From contig OZ024740.1 in NCBI GenBank assembly GCA_964016885.1, forward strand, positions 362,886,001 to 362,950,000: a stretch of 64,000 nucleotides of DNA. The letters are read 5' to 3'. Positions 1 to 14,284 of the stretch are shown here, one piece after another. The position numbers and the translations under genes were made by a program. The DNA comes from Eledone cirrhosa (Eukaryota). Position 1 is the stretch's first letter, and each line of letters begins with the position of its first letter. Under the pieces are notes generated by a model. It ran no database searches, was not told the origin of the DNA, and worked only from the letters and a program-made list of their open reading frames with translations.

Positions 1-3000
1 CCCCTACACACACAGATATATATATATGTATATGAGATTCTTGGTGTAAGTAAATTTAATAAATATGTCAAAAACTATAAGTGACTATTCAATATGTATT
101 TCCTCTTCTAATAGACACAATCGTATTCTAAAGTGAAAATAATCTTAACATATAAATGTCGATGTTTGTGTGAATGTTCCAAGTCGCAAGCCAGAAACTT
201 GCTCCTAGAAATCTGAACTTTTTATATAGAAACATATTTTGTTTCACATAGAACGCTAAGAGCTATCTTACGTTTTCTTATAACGCAACGTAAATTCTAT
301 TAATAATGAAGTATCTATACTTTACTATAAAAGGAAATCGTTTTTATAACATAGAACAAAAAAGAGTGAGTGAACGTATATGAATTTAGGAGGTGAAGGT
401 GAGGATAGTCAATTACGAACAATTATATCCTGATTGCTTGTTCACTAGAGTTTGCAATATGTCCTAAAATTGATCTGGCAACCCTGGAGTAGTTAGCGAA
501 ATTTCTTAAGTATTCGTAAAATGGCAATCTTTATTTCCATTCTCTCATTTCATACTTTTTTTTTGTTCAAAATGGAATGTATTCATGCAGTTGTATTTAT
601 CTTAGGTATAAATAGATTCGTCCAAGGCCAGATATTGTAGCTTGTCTGAATATTGTAGCTAGTCTGAAGCCGGCTAAATTCTTATGACAAGTTTTCATTT
701 TCATATGTTTCACTGATTAAAAGGTAAATGTTTAATAATAATAATCTTCATGCTGAGTCATGGTGATATATTGCATGAAAATGACCATGGTTTTAGACTA
801 ATTTCTGATGGAAGCGTCTCTGTAACTTCCGGTTTATTCCCTGATGATGTAATTTCAAAATCCCCATCACAATGACGAGCTTTTTAAATATCGAATTTCA
901 AATAATTATTTTTCTGAACTCTTTTAAGGTTTTTTTTATGTAAACGATCGACATAAATGGTATCTTGTAGTGTTGTGTTGTTGACATTCAACGTTTTTAT
1001 CTGTTAAAACACGTAATTGTTTTTTGTTATATAACAGCGATTACAATGGAAATAAATTGAATAATAATATTTACACGAAGTTGAATGGTTTCATAAGCAA
1101 GATGTATGCGTGACATAACGACAGTTTACTGTGTCGCATTTATTTCTAGTTTCATTTATATTCTATAAATAAAAGAAAATATGTAATCACAAAAAGAGTG
1201 GATAAAGAAAAAAAAAAGATGAATTTTTTAATTGGAAGGGGAAAGAGAAGTGGCAAAATTTGCTTGGCTGGGTATTTTATCTCAGCTCTGCTCTACGGAC
1301 AAAATGGTGAAATCATTGTCGTGCAGATCAGCCAGAGACAGCCGATGCATCAGCTATTCCACTTATAAATTATTTCCTTTTAAAGAAAAAAGAGCAATAG
1401 GTAAAGGACAAGGATAAGTAAGACAATAGAGACGATATAAACAAGTAAACACTGAAAATAAGAAGAAAGTAATTTAACAATTACAAATAAAATTGATGGA
1501 CCTCCATCGGCTTCGACCATGAGAGTTCCAGATGTACGTTCAACGGAACAGATCGTTCAAGAAATAAACTTGTAAGGGGATTAACATTCTACATACATGT
1601 ACACTTTTATCAAAATTCCCAGGGAGATTCATCAGGAAACAATATGTGATAAGGATGTGTCATTGAATTATAGGTACAGTCCATCCGATGGGTTTGTAAA
1701 CAGTTTTCGTTTACTCAGGTTCACTCATAAGGAATAGAACGATCCGAGTTTATGGTAAATGTCGCTTATGCAACCCAGGAACAAATAAATGCAACTTCTT
1801 AACCATTCGGCTATGCTGCGTCCACTAAATATAATAGGATTCTAAGGATGATTAGTTTCTTTAAATTAAGGCTAAATTCTCAATCGGGATATAGGCCTGA
1901 ACAGCGGGTTCAGAGAAAACCATCACAGGACAAAAATCTCAGAACAAAATTTCACGCTCATACATATATTCGTACACACGCGCAAGCGTGACAACAGCAA
2001 ATAGATCCTACATTTATTTGGACGGTCTATGTTAGTTTTTATTTTATTTGATTTGCCAGATCTGGAGAAAGGAAAGGGGTTGTGACTATGGTTTTTGCAG
2101 ATCCTTCGAAAACAATAAAATTAATAGTATTGATGTTTAATTTAAAGTGTTGCAGGTTGGGTTGACTCCTGCAAGAAACACTGATGGGAATAGAGAATTC
2201 CATAGAAGTGCCGTTCTGAAGAGGAAGGACTCGAAAAATTAGTTAGTGTTGCACCTAAGTGATTTGTCAAAATATGTGTGTTGGGGTATAGGATTAATTG
2301 AAAAGCGTTCTCATTGAATTATAATGTTCATCACTGAGTAAACTTCATATTCACGTATCCTAAACACAATCGTCAAGCATAATTATAAGAAAGTTTGTGA
2401 CATAGCTATCCTGTTAAAATAGATCGATGTACCTCCGTTGGTTTCGAACCTGAGTATTCCAGTTATTCTATAAATGAAACAACCTATTCATTAAATTAAA
2501 GGGGAAAATTGCTTACCATTGCACTTACATGTACTCTTAGCGTAATTCTCGAAACGAATATCTGAACTATTCAGCCTTGCTGCATCCACGTTAAAATATT
2601 AATACAATCCATTCACTCTGTTTCTATGAAACTAATCTCACTGAAAATTCTTGTTTTGACGGAAAGATAGGTGTCAGTCAGCGGGATCTAATTATTTGGT
2701 GACACCTGATAACGAATCAAACATATTGAGCGCATTGCCACGTTCTAGCTAGCGGAGAAACTGCATCTATTCATAGCTAGGCAAGGTATATCCCCTGAAA
2801 ACAGTTTTAGTTGTGAATAATATACAAAGTAGGGTATTGTAACTGAACCTTCAGATTTTTGGTTTCATCCTTTAAGACGACGAAGAAGCAGGGTCGTTTG
2901 GTCAACGGATTAAAAGTTTCTCGGTATTTTAAGAGTTCTAGTCTTGCGTAGGTCAGCTTTGCATATCATATTTTTGAGAGCAATAAACAAGGTACCAGTG

Positions 3001-3734
3001 CAGTTCTGGGGTCGATTATTACCCTCCTTTTTCTTTCTCTCTCAGAAGAAAATCGGCTGTATTCGCAACCACGAGAAAGATGGGCGTTGCCATGATTAAA
3101 ATTACCCAGGACATGTCGTGTGTTACGATGAATTCACCAAGAGTGAAGGGCTCTTTAATTTTGCCCTCTGAATTCTTAAAGAAAACCGGAAATGTGAAAC
3201 GATTGAGATCGTTGGCTGGCAAAATAAGTTGTACTGGTAATTCAAAGAGCCTATCTTGTCACACAAGGTAAATCGAATCTCTCTAGAAACTACGTTACGG
3301 GTACACATGTCTGTGAAAGATTCAGCCACCTTACACTTTAATATCATGAGCAGCGTGTTTTGGTGATTCAAAAACTGAAGCACTCGTCATTGGAACCGAC
3401 AGAGGTCCGACGACGACGACAACGAAACAAATATTTGCGCTTTCCAGTGAGATAATTTTACTCAAATTGAAATTATACCAGTGAAACATCATAAACAGTA
3501 AAATATGATTACCAGGAATATCTCGTTATATAATGGCATTTTCGTTTCCGAGATATCCGTTTTCTGTAATTCAACATGTTACAGGGAATCCTTTGAGAAT
3601 TCCCCCCCCTCCCCCCTAAAGCATATGGACAATGAAATATTAGTTACTAGTTGGTTCCATGTAATTATAGTTTGATATATGGATAAGAGCTTGCCGAGAA
3701 AATATATTGAATTAGTAATGCGCCTGTGTGTGTA

Positions 3735-3769
<35 letters not shown>

Positions 3770-4639
3770 GCGTGTGCAGGACCCCCGTCAGTTACGACAA
3801 TAAATATTCCAGTTAATTTGATAAACGGAAAACTCTGCTCATGAAATTAGTGTGCAAGAGACCGAGGATTCCATAGACACGCGTATCCTTAACGTAGTTT
3901 TTTGAGAAATTCAGCGTGACAATGTGTGACACTTCTAATCACAGGTACAATTCATTTTTACCAGTTGAGTGGACTGAAGCAATGGGAAATAAAGTGTCAG
4001 GCCAAAAGACACAATGCATAGCCGGGAATCGATCCCATGATCTTACAATCGATAATAGAATGCCTAAGCACTGAACAACGCGGCTTCACATTCCGAAGTG
4101 TATTAATATAATGGTTTCTTATATAGGCATTAGGCCTGCAATTTGGGGGAAGGGGAAATTCGATTAAATCGACCGCAGTACGTTACTGGTGCCTTATTTT
4201 ATTGACCACGTAAGGATGAAAGGCAAAGTTGAACTCAGACCGTAACTCTATGCTGCAAAGCATGGTGTACCACTCTCTACCGATACTGTCAATCCACCGC
4301 CCTAATAGTGTATAATAAAACACAAGTTAAATGCTGACGTGCAGTCTATAATTGAAATGACAAAAAAGAAAAAAAACATATATGGATATTCTTAGGATAC
4401 CTAAATTCTAATTTTAGCAAATATATTTTAATTCAAAAATAGCTACTCGTTAGTTTCAATACGATAATCAAATATATGAAGTGTTGCTGCATTACATTAA
4501 ACATAACAACGCAAAACAATTGGATTTTATATGTTGGTCCTCTAGTTATTAATCATTCGGTGTATTTTCTCTGCATGCTCTTATCTATATATCAAACTGC
4601 AGTTAACCAGAAACAACAAACAACTAATATTTCGTTGGT

Positions 4640-4960
4640 GAAGGGACGCTGCTTAGTGGTTAGAGTGTTCGGCTTTCGATCGGAAAGTCATGAGTTCGAT
4701 TCCTCGTGGCGCGTTACGTCCTTGAACAAGACACTTTATTTCACGTTGCTACCGTCCAGTTAGTTGCCAAAACTAAATTGTACCTGCAATTCAAAGGACC
4801 TGTCAAGTCACACAATGTGTCACACTGTATTTCCCTGGGAACTAAGTTAAAGGCGCACGGGACTGTGGAATGATCAGGCATTTGTCTGTAAATCCTCCGA
4901 TGTGGCCATTTCATTGTTCGAATAATTGGACTCGTCGCCGTCGTAACCAACGGAAGTCTA
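4640..4960 (+). mobile_element. tRNA-derived SINE family B (CORE-like middle)
   Basis: CTTAGTGGTTAG A box, GAGTTCGATTCC B box, GTCCTTGAACAAGACACTTT. Further copies at about 1500-1820(-), 3205-3410(+), 3780-4090(-), 6950-7145(-), 20340-20620(-) and 59740-60045(+). Confidence 0.8.
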
Positions 4961-5097
4961 GCACCAGACGTTAGAATAATGTAATTTCACTTGTATTTTT
5001 CTGAATACTATTATCTTAAATTTTACAATTATTTCCTTGAGATTTATTGAAATATACAAATTCTGTGTTTCTTGTTGAATATTTATCTCACCCAATG

Positions 5098-5415
5098 TAA
5101 ACGGACAAAACACTACCGGATAAAAGCCAACTGACAAAACCCCGGGGCAGCAGCCGCACCGTTAAAACGACACCAGGACAAAATCCGTATTCCTCCGAAC
5201 AAAACTCCGGGTGTTTTTAACTGTACAATTTCACTAAAAATGATAAGTATAAAGATCCAAATAATATTCAATGAAATTTGTATGAAAAATAGAAAAGAGT
5301 TATCAAGCTTCCAATCGGATTTAAATTCTGTTTTAATGTTTTGCTATGTAGGGATTTTGCTCTAAAGCGATTTTGTCCTATGGGTGTTATTATCCGGTAG
5401 GGATTTTGTCACGGA
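5098..5415. mobile_element. Unclassified TIR element with GGACAAAA subterminal repeats
   Basis: GACAAAA..CTACCGGATAA on the left is mirrored by TTATCCGGTAG..TTTTGTC on the right. Confidence 0.55.
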
Positions 5416-5869
5416 CTTTTATTTCGAACCAGTTACCAAGGATTCAGTGGTTTAGATACGGCAGAAAACTATAAAAATACTTTTTTTTAATTGAAAATAA
5501 TCGCTACTCCACCGATACGAACCACGTCAGTGTAGTAGAAAGCTCTCTTGAGTGCAGAACTACAAGCGCAAGCCACCTCATAGCCCCCAGCGAACAGAAT
5601 GGTGAAACTATTACCATGGAAGACAGCGAGGGAGATACGCGTTTAAATAGTCATTCCAACTTGCAGGGCTCGCCCTTTATTTCTATATGTGAAAATCTAA
5701 GGATCTGCAAGTAACACAGTCCGGAAAACTACCTGTACAATTGATTAACTTGATCTATATTTCCCTGCAGCATGTGAACTGACAACTTGGTTTGCTATGT
5801 TATGTTTATGCCTCTTTCACTTTTTGTTTCTAAATCAAATTTAACTTTCTCTTCTGTCATCGTTATAGT

Positions 5870-5995
5870 ACGCTACATTCTGAAAATGTTACCGATACGC
5901 TACCTTCTGGAAATGTTAGCAACTGACGAGCTACGTTCTGGAAATGTTAGCAACTGGCAAGCTACGTTCCGGAAATGTTAGCAACTGATGAGCAG
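5870..5995 (+). repeat. ~30-bp tandem repeat, about 4 copies
   Basis: GCTACGTTCTGGAAATGTTAGCAACTG.. units. Confidence 0.85.
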
Positions 5996-7537
5996 TGTTA
6001 TGTTTAGAGTTAGGGTTACTATCGTCTGGCCAGAGGCAAATTGAGCTTGCATGGTCTCTCTGGATGAAAATGTCATCGGGGCTCATGCAATGAAGTGAAG
6101 TCATTACTAACTAAACACCCGAAAACAACAAATTTCGGTATATTTGTTTCTCCTCTCTCCTTATCGTGAAACTGAGATTCATCTCAGTATAATATATCAT
6201 TTATGGTGGCAAAAAACAATCACATTAATTTAGAAACCTTTAAATATTGGGTCCCTAACTTCAGCCAAGTCAACTTCACTCTCAAAAGGAGTGTTGTGCA
6301 ACTTTGGGTTGTCGCCGTGGTTCACATATTTGTTTATATAAACTATTTGTCGTTGAATGCTTTTTTTTTTCACATATTTTTTCTATTGTAGATGGTAATG
6401 TGCTATAAACAAGGAGATATTGGACATCATTTTACGCCCGGAAATGCAAACAGTAAAACGTGAGAAGGATAAGAATGAAAAGACCAGCTTATGACATTAA
6501 AATAATCACGGGAGTTGAAAGAGTATGTTGATATTCATGGAGTGGTGATAGTGTTATAAAGGCTGATGGAAATATAGAAACAACTACAAACAAATAGTAT
6601 CATAAAAGGTATACGGTAACAGTAATAGAAATATAGAAACCAGAAATAGTACTGCCAGCATTCACTGAAGAGAACATAAAGAGTAAAAGTATTTTAATGA
6701 TATTAGTGAAAGGACAAGCAATCTAGTTAGTTGTGATCGTGAATATAGGATAACCAAAGAAAGTGATGAATGGCATTAAACTATTTGTGTCATCTTTTCA
6801 TCTAATTGACTGAAAGAAATTAAATTTACAGCTCACGCCTATGTAGGTGAAACTGGACTCCCGTGTGGCTGCATATCAGAAGGTTTTAAGGGGGAGGGGT
6901 TTAATGATATGTTCCCCTGTATGCTGTGGTTGTTAAAACTCACATCTAAGCATATCTAGCTGGCCTCCTACGAGAGTGAATCTCACAGGAAGTTTTAAGC
7001 TGTTTAATGAGAGGGACCATATATTACCATGGAAAGCAACGTGACACAAAGCGTCTTCCTTAAGTACACAACACACCGCCCGTTTCAGGAATCGATCGTA
7101 AGACTTAATGATCATGAGTCCAACACTCTAACCACTAGGCCACACAATTTCACTGTATGGCAATAAAAACAATTATTGGTGTTGTCATAAATTTTATTTC
7201 ACATGATTTTATAAACCTGCAAACAAGCAGCATGCAAAAGAATAGGTATAATAAAGAAATGAGGAAAGTTTCTCACATAGATAATCTGTCGTGTATCAAA
7301 CTCGTATTGAGTGTTATATAACACGTGCTGTGTAATTGTTTAATTATATAACGACAGCCAATTATATCACAATCACGTATTTCAAGGGTGCCTATGTGTT
7401 TTGCCTATATAGTATGCTTCAGCTAAACGGGGCTATACAATTCTATCCAACAGGTTCGATGTAGAGTCTGACGTTTTAAGGAGCCCACAATTCTTTCTGT
7501 CGCCACAGAATTACGTCCTGTGTTATTATTATTATAT

Positions 7538-7730
7538 GCGGTGGATTGGCAGTATCGGTAGAGGGTCGGATGCCATGCTTTGAAGCATAGAGTTACCTCC
7601 CTGTATGATCTGAGTTCAAATCCCGCCGAGGTTAACTTTGCCTTTCATCCTTCCGGGGTCGATAGAATAAAGTACCAGTAATGCACTGGGTAATTGCTGG
7701 CCTTGTGCCAAACGTAGAAACAATTATTAT
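7538..7730 (+). mobile_element. tRNA-derived SINE family A (Meta-like middle domain)
   Basis: A-box-like TGGCAGTATCGG, B box GAGTTCAAATCC, GCCTTTCATCCTT..GGGGTCGAT..AAGTACCAG, (TTA) tail. Further copies at about 4108-4303(-), 20046-20227(-), 35945-36140(-), 38470-38625(+) and 63250-63415(-). Confidence 0.85.
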
Positions 7731-9602
7731 ATGCTCACTTCAATTCAAGAGTTCTACAGTTTATCGTGCTTCATTGTATCGAAATAGAAATTTATAAATT
7801 ACAGTTCTTTATTCAATTACCTACGTAGAGAGGGAAATAAACATGACACGACACAATCTTTAATTTCTCCGTGTTGGTGCACAAAAGCATAGGTGACTGT
7901 GTGGGAAAGGACTGCAGACCAAATGAAAGTCTTGGCGCTCAATTCTGATATAAATAATTGATGTAAATATTTTAGCAGAACATGGCTTTTCATTTCGTGG
8001 TAGCTAGGAATTTTTTTATCACTCTGTTTGATATAAATTGTGTTCGAACTGGAACATTCATCATCGTAACCAACGGAGATCCAGCATACACCCACAATTC
8101 GGACACATTTCAGTAAACTAAACCTAATATATGTCCATTGAAAATAAAGCTAAAAGACCTAATATATAACTCAGTTGCTATGTGTGACTACTAGATGTAC
8201 GACGTGGCACCCCCATAAAAGAATTGGCATTTGCTTCAATGGCCGTGCCAAGAGTATAAATACAATAACACAACAAAAACAAAAATAATATAACACAATA
8301 AAAGTAATGCATGAAATAACTGAATAGTTTCTGTAAAGTAAGGAGAAGTAATAAATAACTCACCATAAGAAATATATAAGAAAGAAGCAGAACAATTGTA
8401 GTTGATTAAGTGATCGACTCAAAATTTTCCATACATTATAGACTATTTCCGTGCGACAATGAATACATCTTCTGAGCTGGATCATGATACATGGCTGTTA
8501 AAATTCAGTTCAGAATTATATTCCATTTGAAGTGTTTTCTTATTTTTCATTGATCGAATCTTATTTAAATTATTTTGCTTGTTATATGTTGAGTTCTACG
8601 CTTTGCCATGGAATGAACTCAAATAATTATTCGAAATTTTTAACATAATGAAGCAAGTTCAACTGCTTTAACAATGGAAGAAAAGTGAAGATTTAATCAA
8701 AATATTTAACACAATGAAGCAATTTTGATATTATGCTTTCAGCATCCCTAACTGTAGAATGAAATAGAAGACATAACTGATATCTTTAACACAATGTAAC
8801 AATGTTAAGAAGATCTACAATTTATACAGCAAAATAGAAATGAAAACGTTTGTAATATCTGGAATTTCCACACGCCCCGCTAGTATGCATTACATTGAAA
8901 AGAATTGCCGTTAAGATAAAGTTAATCCTACTGAACTATATGCTTTTGTAAAGAATACTCGTACAATGATCAACATGATACTGACATAATATATGCACTT
9001 AACAAATCATATTAAATAATTATTTAGAGTAGAATCTTCAGAGTATAATAAATAGGAATCTCGTTATATTTGCATATGAATTCAAAAGTTATCCCCTAAA
9101 GTGGACCAGCGAGCAGACTTTGAATTTTCATTTGTTGATCACCTAAATTAACTTATCTTGTCGATATATTGGACGGTAGAATTATACCATATCTAAAATA
9201 TCCCGTGCTTATAGTTGATGTAAAAAAAAAATTCGTAATCAAGTAATAAAAGGGAAGAATTTAACTGTGATAACTCGAAGCCATTCTATATTATTTCCTG
9301 TCAAAAATCGAGAAATGCATCTTGAATACAAATTAAGAACAACTGATAAGAGATATGTATCGTTTGTCTTCATAACTATAGTTATGATGAAGAAAACATA
9401 TTCTGAAATGTATAAGAGATGTACTGTTTCCTTATTATTTACAACCATTGAATAGATTTTAAATTTATTTGCAATTTTCGCTCAAATATCTTTTAAATGT
9501 CTTTTAATATATCGCTCAAATATCTTTTAATCTACATTACAGATAAAATTATGTACACATGCACATACACACATACATACACATATACGTATGTATGTAT
9601 GT

Positions 9603-10140
9603 ATGAATACTGTTGTCTACTGTGGTCTCCCCACACGAAAAATAGTATCATGAAAATTGAAGCACCACAAAGGTCAATCACAAAAAAAAAGATTTCATGA
9701 CAGGCCTTAACTATTGGGGTCGACTAGAAAAGCTCAAACTTAATCCTCTTTAATGCCGCTGTGAGCGCTACATTATCTGCATGATGTGGAAAATATTAGA
9801 TCAGCATTGCCTAAATGATATTGGCATCACCTTTAAAATGCACCTAAGGCTTGGGCCCCGTGATATCCGCCCACAACAAAAATCAAACTCGCATCTCATA
9901 ACAACATTACGACACAATTATTTCACCCCAATTGGCCCCGCTCTCTTTAAGCATTACACCAAAAAATATCAAGACAGAAACAGACTCCCCCATAACGTTC
10001 TAAATGACTTTGGACAAATCCCTTCAAGAAATCCCGGATATGTCTCCGTAAACAATAACTCTCTACTTCAGTGGGGTATGGTGTCCAAATGCTGAAGTGA
10101 GACATGGGCTGGGTCATTACTGGCCGGAACTTATCAAAGT
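9603..10140 (+). pseudogene. CR1/L2-like LINE ORF2 3' fragment
   Basis: EYCCLLWSP..IEAPQRSITKK..YWGRLEKLKL..ERYIICMMWKI across frameshifts. Confidence 0.75.
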
Positions 10141-10599
10141 TATATATATATAAATAGATATAAAAATATATATATATAAGTGTGTGTGTGTGTGTGTGTG
10201 TATACGTGTGTGAGTATATATAAAATCCACATGTATGTGTACACGCATGCAAACACAATTTTATCAATGATACGCAAAACACACCCGCACATAGAAGCAA
10301 TAATGCACTTCCATGAAATAAACTACATCTGTAGACACACATAAAAGCACTCATGACACAACTGAATCTCTACCTACCCCTACCCCAGCCTTTCTTAAAA
10401 CATATTTTTGTCCGAACAACGTTGTTCCAATTTTTTTCTCCATCTCCGAACAACCTATTTCTTGAAGAATGTCTTATATCCGACACGTCGAAACCCTCAT
10501 CTACTTCTTCCTAAGCGTGAAACTAATAATACCGTGTTTTTGCATGTGTTTCTCTTGTCTATTCAAGAATTATGTATGTATGTATGTATGTATGTAACG

Positions 10600-10680
10600 T
10601 ATGTTTTTCTGGTTTTATAATTTCACAAATTTTTTCCCAATAGAGAGAGAGTCGGTTTCTAACATAGACACAAGACTCTC
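10600..10680. repeat. (TATG)n-associated dispersed repeat (second copy about 11769-11850)
   Basis: TCTGGTTTT.TAATTTCACAAA...GAGAGAGTCGGTTTCTAACATAGACACAAGAC occurs twice, each time next to (TATG)n. Confidence 0.7.
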
Positions 10681-11738
10681 TATGTATGCATGTATGCATG
10701 TATGTATGTATGTATGTATGCATGTATGTATGTATGTATGTATGTATGTATGTATGTATGTATGTATGTATGTATGTATGTATGTATGAGGGAGCTTATA
10801 GATAGGACAACACACGCTGTCTTTTCGTGGGGTAAGTTTTTAATTAATTTTTGTATTCTGAAACATCAAAATACAACAATTTGTTGGTCACTGGACTCGG
10901 GAATGTCACGACAGAAGTTTGTGGAAGTTACACAAATATTTTAGTATATTTTAGCAGAGCAATCCTTATTTCTATTTTACATTTTACATTTACTTACATC
11001 TCAATATAACATGGCTAAAATTCAAATTTTGCAAAGAGAAGAAAACGGACAATTGAACTAGATACATCTCACTGTCCCCCACCACCACAATAACGTCTAC
11101 ACTACCTCCACACCATCACATGTCATTACCCTATCTCGACTAAAGTCATCGACCTGTTGTCAAACTCTCTACTCTCTGTTGAATGTGTATATATATATAT
11201 ATATATATATGTATATGTGTGTATATACATCACTCAGTCAAACAACCAGATTTCAACCCCAACATCTACAACAACAACACCGGCACTAATGTTTACAGCA
11301 ACAACAGCTTCAGAATGAACTGAAATGAACATTTACAACAACAACAACAGCGGCATCAAAAGATAAAAAAAAACAAAAAAACAAACAAAAAAAAACTCAA
11401 AATAACAAAACACACACACGCACACAACACAACAACAACATCAACTGCCACCACCACCACCACCACCACCACCACCACCGCTACCACCGCCGCTATCACC
11501 ATCACCAGCGACCAGGCTTTAAGAAATGTATGTGTGTGTGTGTATGTGTGTGTGTGTATATGTGTATGTGTGTATGTATATATATATATATTTCTTTTTT
11601 TTAATTTTTATTTTCTTTTTTATTTATTTATTAATTTTTTTTTCTCCTCGTGCAATGGCCATACTCGATAACGAGGGGGCAGCCATCATGTATGTATGTA
11701 TGTATGTATGTATGTATGTATGTATGTATGTATGTATG

Positions 11739-11769
<31 letters not shown>

Positions 11770-12039
11770 GTATATTCTTCTGGTTTTGTAATTTCACAAA
11801 GTTTTACCAGTAGAGAGAGAGAGTCGGTTTCTAACATAGACACAAGACGCTCTCATTGGAATTTACACAACATCAACTAGGTAGATATGTATGTATGCAT
11901 GCATGTGTAGATATGGATGTTATTGTATGTGTGGATGTGTATGTTTTGAGTTGTATGTGTGCATGTGTATATGCTTTGTATCTGTACATGTGTATATGCA
12001 GTTATTAGATGCAAAATTTTTGAAATGTCTTACATATTT

Positions 12040-12154
12040 TTACTGTTCCACTAATGGTGAGTGGGGAACAGAATCGAAAGCTTTCTTGTAGTCCAGCCAG
12101 ACTGTAGTCATATTCCTCCTAAGTTGTCGCACCTCCGACATCGCAGTTTTGTTG

Positions 12155-12157
<3 letters not shown>
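12040..12157 (-). pseudogene. R4/Dong-clade RT fragment
   Basis: Minus strand [32 protein letters not shown], next to (TATG)n. Confidence 0.75.
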
Positions 12158-12185
<28 letters not shown>

Positions 12186-13137
12186 TGTATGTATGTATGT
12201 ATGTATGTATGTATGTATGTATGTATATATATATATATATGTATGTATATGTATGTATATATATATGTATGTATATGTATGTGTATATATGTGTGTGTGT
12301 GTGTATATGTATATATATGTATGTATATATATATGTATATATGTATGTGTGTGTATATATGTATGTGTATGTATATGTGTATATATATATGTATGTATAT
12401 GTGTATATGTATATATGTATGTATATGTATATGTATATATGTATATTTATGTATATGTATATATATATGTGTGTATGTATATGTATATATATATGTATGT
12501 GTGTATATGTATGTATATATATATGTTTATGTATATGTGTATATATATATATGTATGTATGTGTATGTATATATATATATTTATGTATATGTATGTATAT
12601 GTGTATGTATATGTATATGTGTGTGTATGTATATGTATATGTATATATATATTTATGTATATGTATATGTGTGTATGTATGTGTGTGTATGTATATATGT
12701 ATATATATGTGTATATGTATGTATATATATGTATGTATGTATGTGTATGTATGTATGTATATGTATGTATGTATGTATGTATATGTATATGTATATGTAT
12801 GTATATGTATATGTATGTATGTATGTGTGTGTATATGTGTATGTATGTATATGTATATGTATGTATGTATGTATGTGTATGTATGTATGTATATATATGT
12901 ATGTATGTATATGTATATGTATGTATGTATGTATATGTATATATATGTATATGTATATGTATGTATGTGTATGTATGTGTATATATATGTATGTATGTAT
13001 ATGTATATATGTGTATGTGTGTATATGTATGTATGTATATGTATATGTATGTATGTATATGTGTATATGTATATGTGTATATATGTATGTATGTATATGT
13101 GTATATATGTATGTATGTATATGTGTATATATGTATG
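12155..13137. repeat. ~1-kb compound (TATG/TA/TG) microsatellite
   Basis: Directly visible; source of the spurious 330-390 aa ORFs. Confidence 0.97.
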
Positions 13138-13596
13138 TCAAAAGGCAAAGGAGCTCTTAAGAGTCAATGGCCATCCAAAATCACCGGGAGAGATGACCCC
13201 TTAGCCTTTGTCAAGGCAGAATTCTAGGAGAAGGAAAACTCTGATATAACACCTGCAACCCTGATGGTATCCAATGATGTTGACTTGTTCTTCTTTTTGG
13301 TAAATATCATCTTGGTTAAGAGAGTGGGACTGGCTTTGTGCAGTGCCTTTGCTCACTATAAAAGCTTCACGGCACAGGCATTGCTTTATATCTGGAGATC
13401 TCTCTGCATTTGTCGTCACATGGTACCATGGGCCCAGCACTATGTGTCAATGATTGTCACAAGTGTAGTGTTTGTACCAGAGCTTTCAAGTCGCTGGCTG
13501 GACTAAAAAGTCACACTCGTTCAGCGCATCAGTAGGGGTTCTCCTACATGGATATAAAGTAGTGGCCGTACTCGAAAACGAGTTGGCAGCCACCAT
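13138..13596 (+). mobile_element. Non-autonomous RTE-type element, 5'-truncated tandem copy
   Basis: Close copy of about 13771-14222; ends in GTGGC..ACTCG-aaaa-CGAGT..GCCACC followed by (ATGT)n. Confidence 0.7.
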
Positions 13597-13621
13597 GTAT
13601 GTATGTATGTATGTATGTATG

Positions 13622-14222
13622 TCAGGTCTCCAGTTGGTGCTACTGGTAACATGTATCCCAGTAGAACCTGTCTCATGGTCGAGTCGGTGGCGACTAAACT
13701 GGCAACCCCACCAAGGTTTCTGGGTGAGGAGAGTGACTTTGGACACCCTGCCGGACTAAAAACAAAACCTGTCAAAGGGCAAAGGATCTCTTAAGAGTCA
13801 ATGGCCATACAAAATCACCGGGAGAGATGACCCCTTAGCCTTAGTCAAGGCAGAATTCTAGGAGAAGGACAACTCTGATATAACACTTGCAACCCTGATG
13901 GTATCCAATGATGTTGACTTGTTCTTCTTTTTGATAAATATCATCTTGGTTAAGAGAGTGGGACTGGCTTTGTGCAGTGCCTTTGCTCACTATAAAAGCT
14001 TCACGGCACAGGCATTGCTTTATATCTGGAGATCTCTCTGCACTTGTCATCACAGGGTACAATGGGCCCAGCACTATGTGTCAGTAATTGTCACAAGTAT
14101 AGTGTTTGTACCAGAGTTTTCAAGTCGCTGGCTGGACTAAAAAGTCACACGCATCAGTAGGGGTTCTCCTACATGGATAAAAAGTAGTGGCCGTACTCGA
14201 AAACGAGTTGGCAGCCACCATG
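13622..14222 (+). mobile_element. Non-autonomous RTE-type element (no ORF) with 3' hairpin and (ATGT)n tail
   Basis: Shares its terminal hairpin with the zinc-finger-coding RTE-like end at 16485-16716. Diverged relatives at 15003-15240 (+), 23752-23970 (-) and a stub at 11655-11690. Confidence 0.7.
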
Positions 14223-14284
14223 TATGTATGTATGTATGTATGTATGTATGTATGTATGTATGTATGTATGTATGTATGTATGTA

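Noticed and set aside
470-488. TGGCAACCCTG, resembling a hAT-Blackjack terminal repeat
   Set aside because: No partner TIR or coding remnant identified within the window.
2210-2250. CTGAAGAG...CTCGAAA hammerhead-like string
   Set aside because: No credible stems I and III; could be chance or too decayed to support.
4640-4720. tRNA-like A/B boxes here and at other SINE heads
   Set aside because: No complete cloverleaf, and each continues into a SINE body, so these are not tRNA genes.
5997-6020. TTAGGG-like sequence suggesting an interstitial telomere
   Set aside because: Only one exact unit, next to a local tandem repeat.
8400-9460. Non-repetitive AT-rich stretch with short ORFs that could be a host exon or decayed gene
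   Set aside because: No recognisable motif, frame continuity or convincing splice sites by eye; needs tblastx or RNA-seq.
10455-10500. Decayed hammerhead-like string (CTTGAAGAA..TCCGACACGTC); a similar weak case at 19150-19190 on the minus strand
   Set aside because: The core is mutated at several positions and the stems are not recoverable, so neither is counted as a ribozyme.
12061-13227. Long ORFs of 330-390 aa (MYVC/YI/HT repeats), and similar ORFs at 23320, 25433, 47422 and 50146-51017
   Set aside because: They are translations of stop-free microsatellites in several frames, with no protein-like content.
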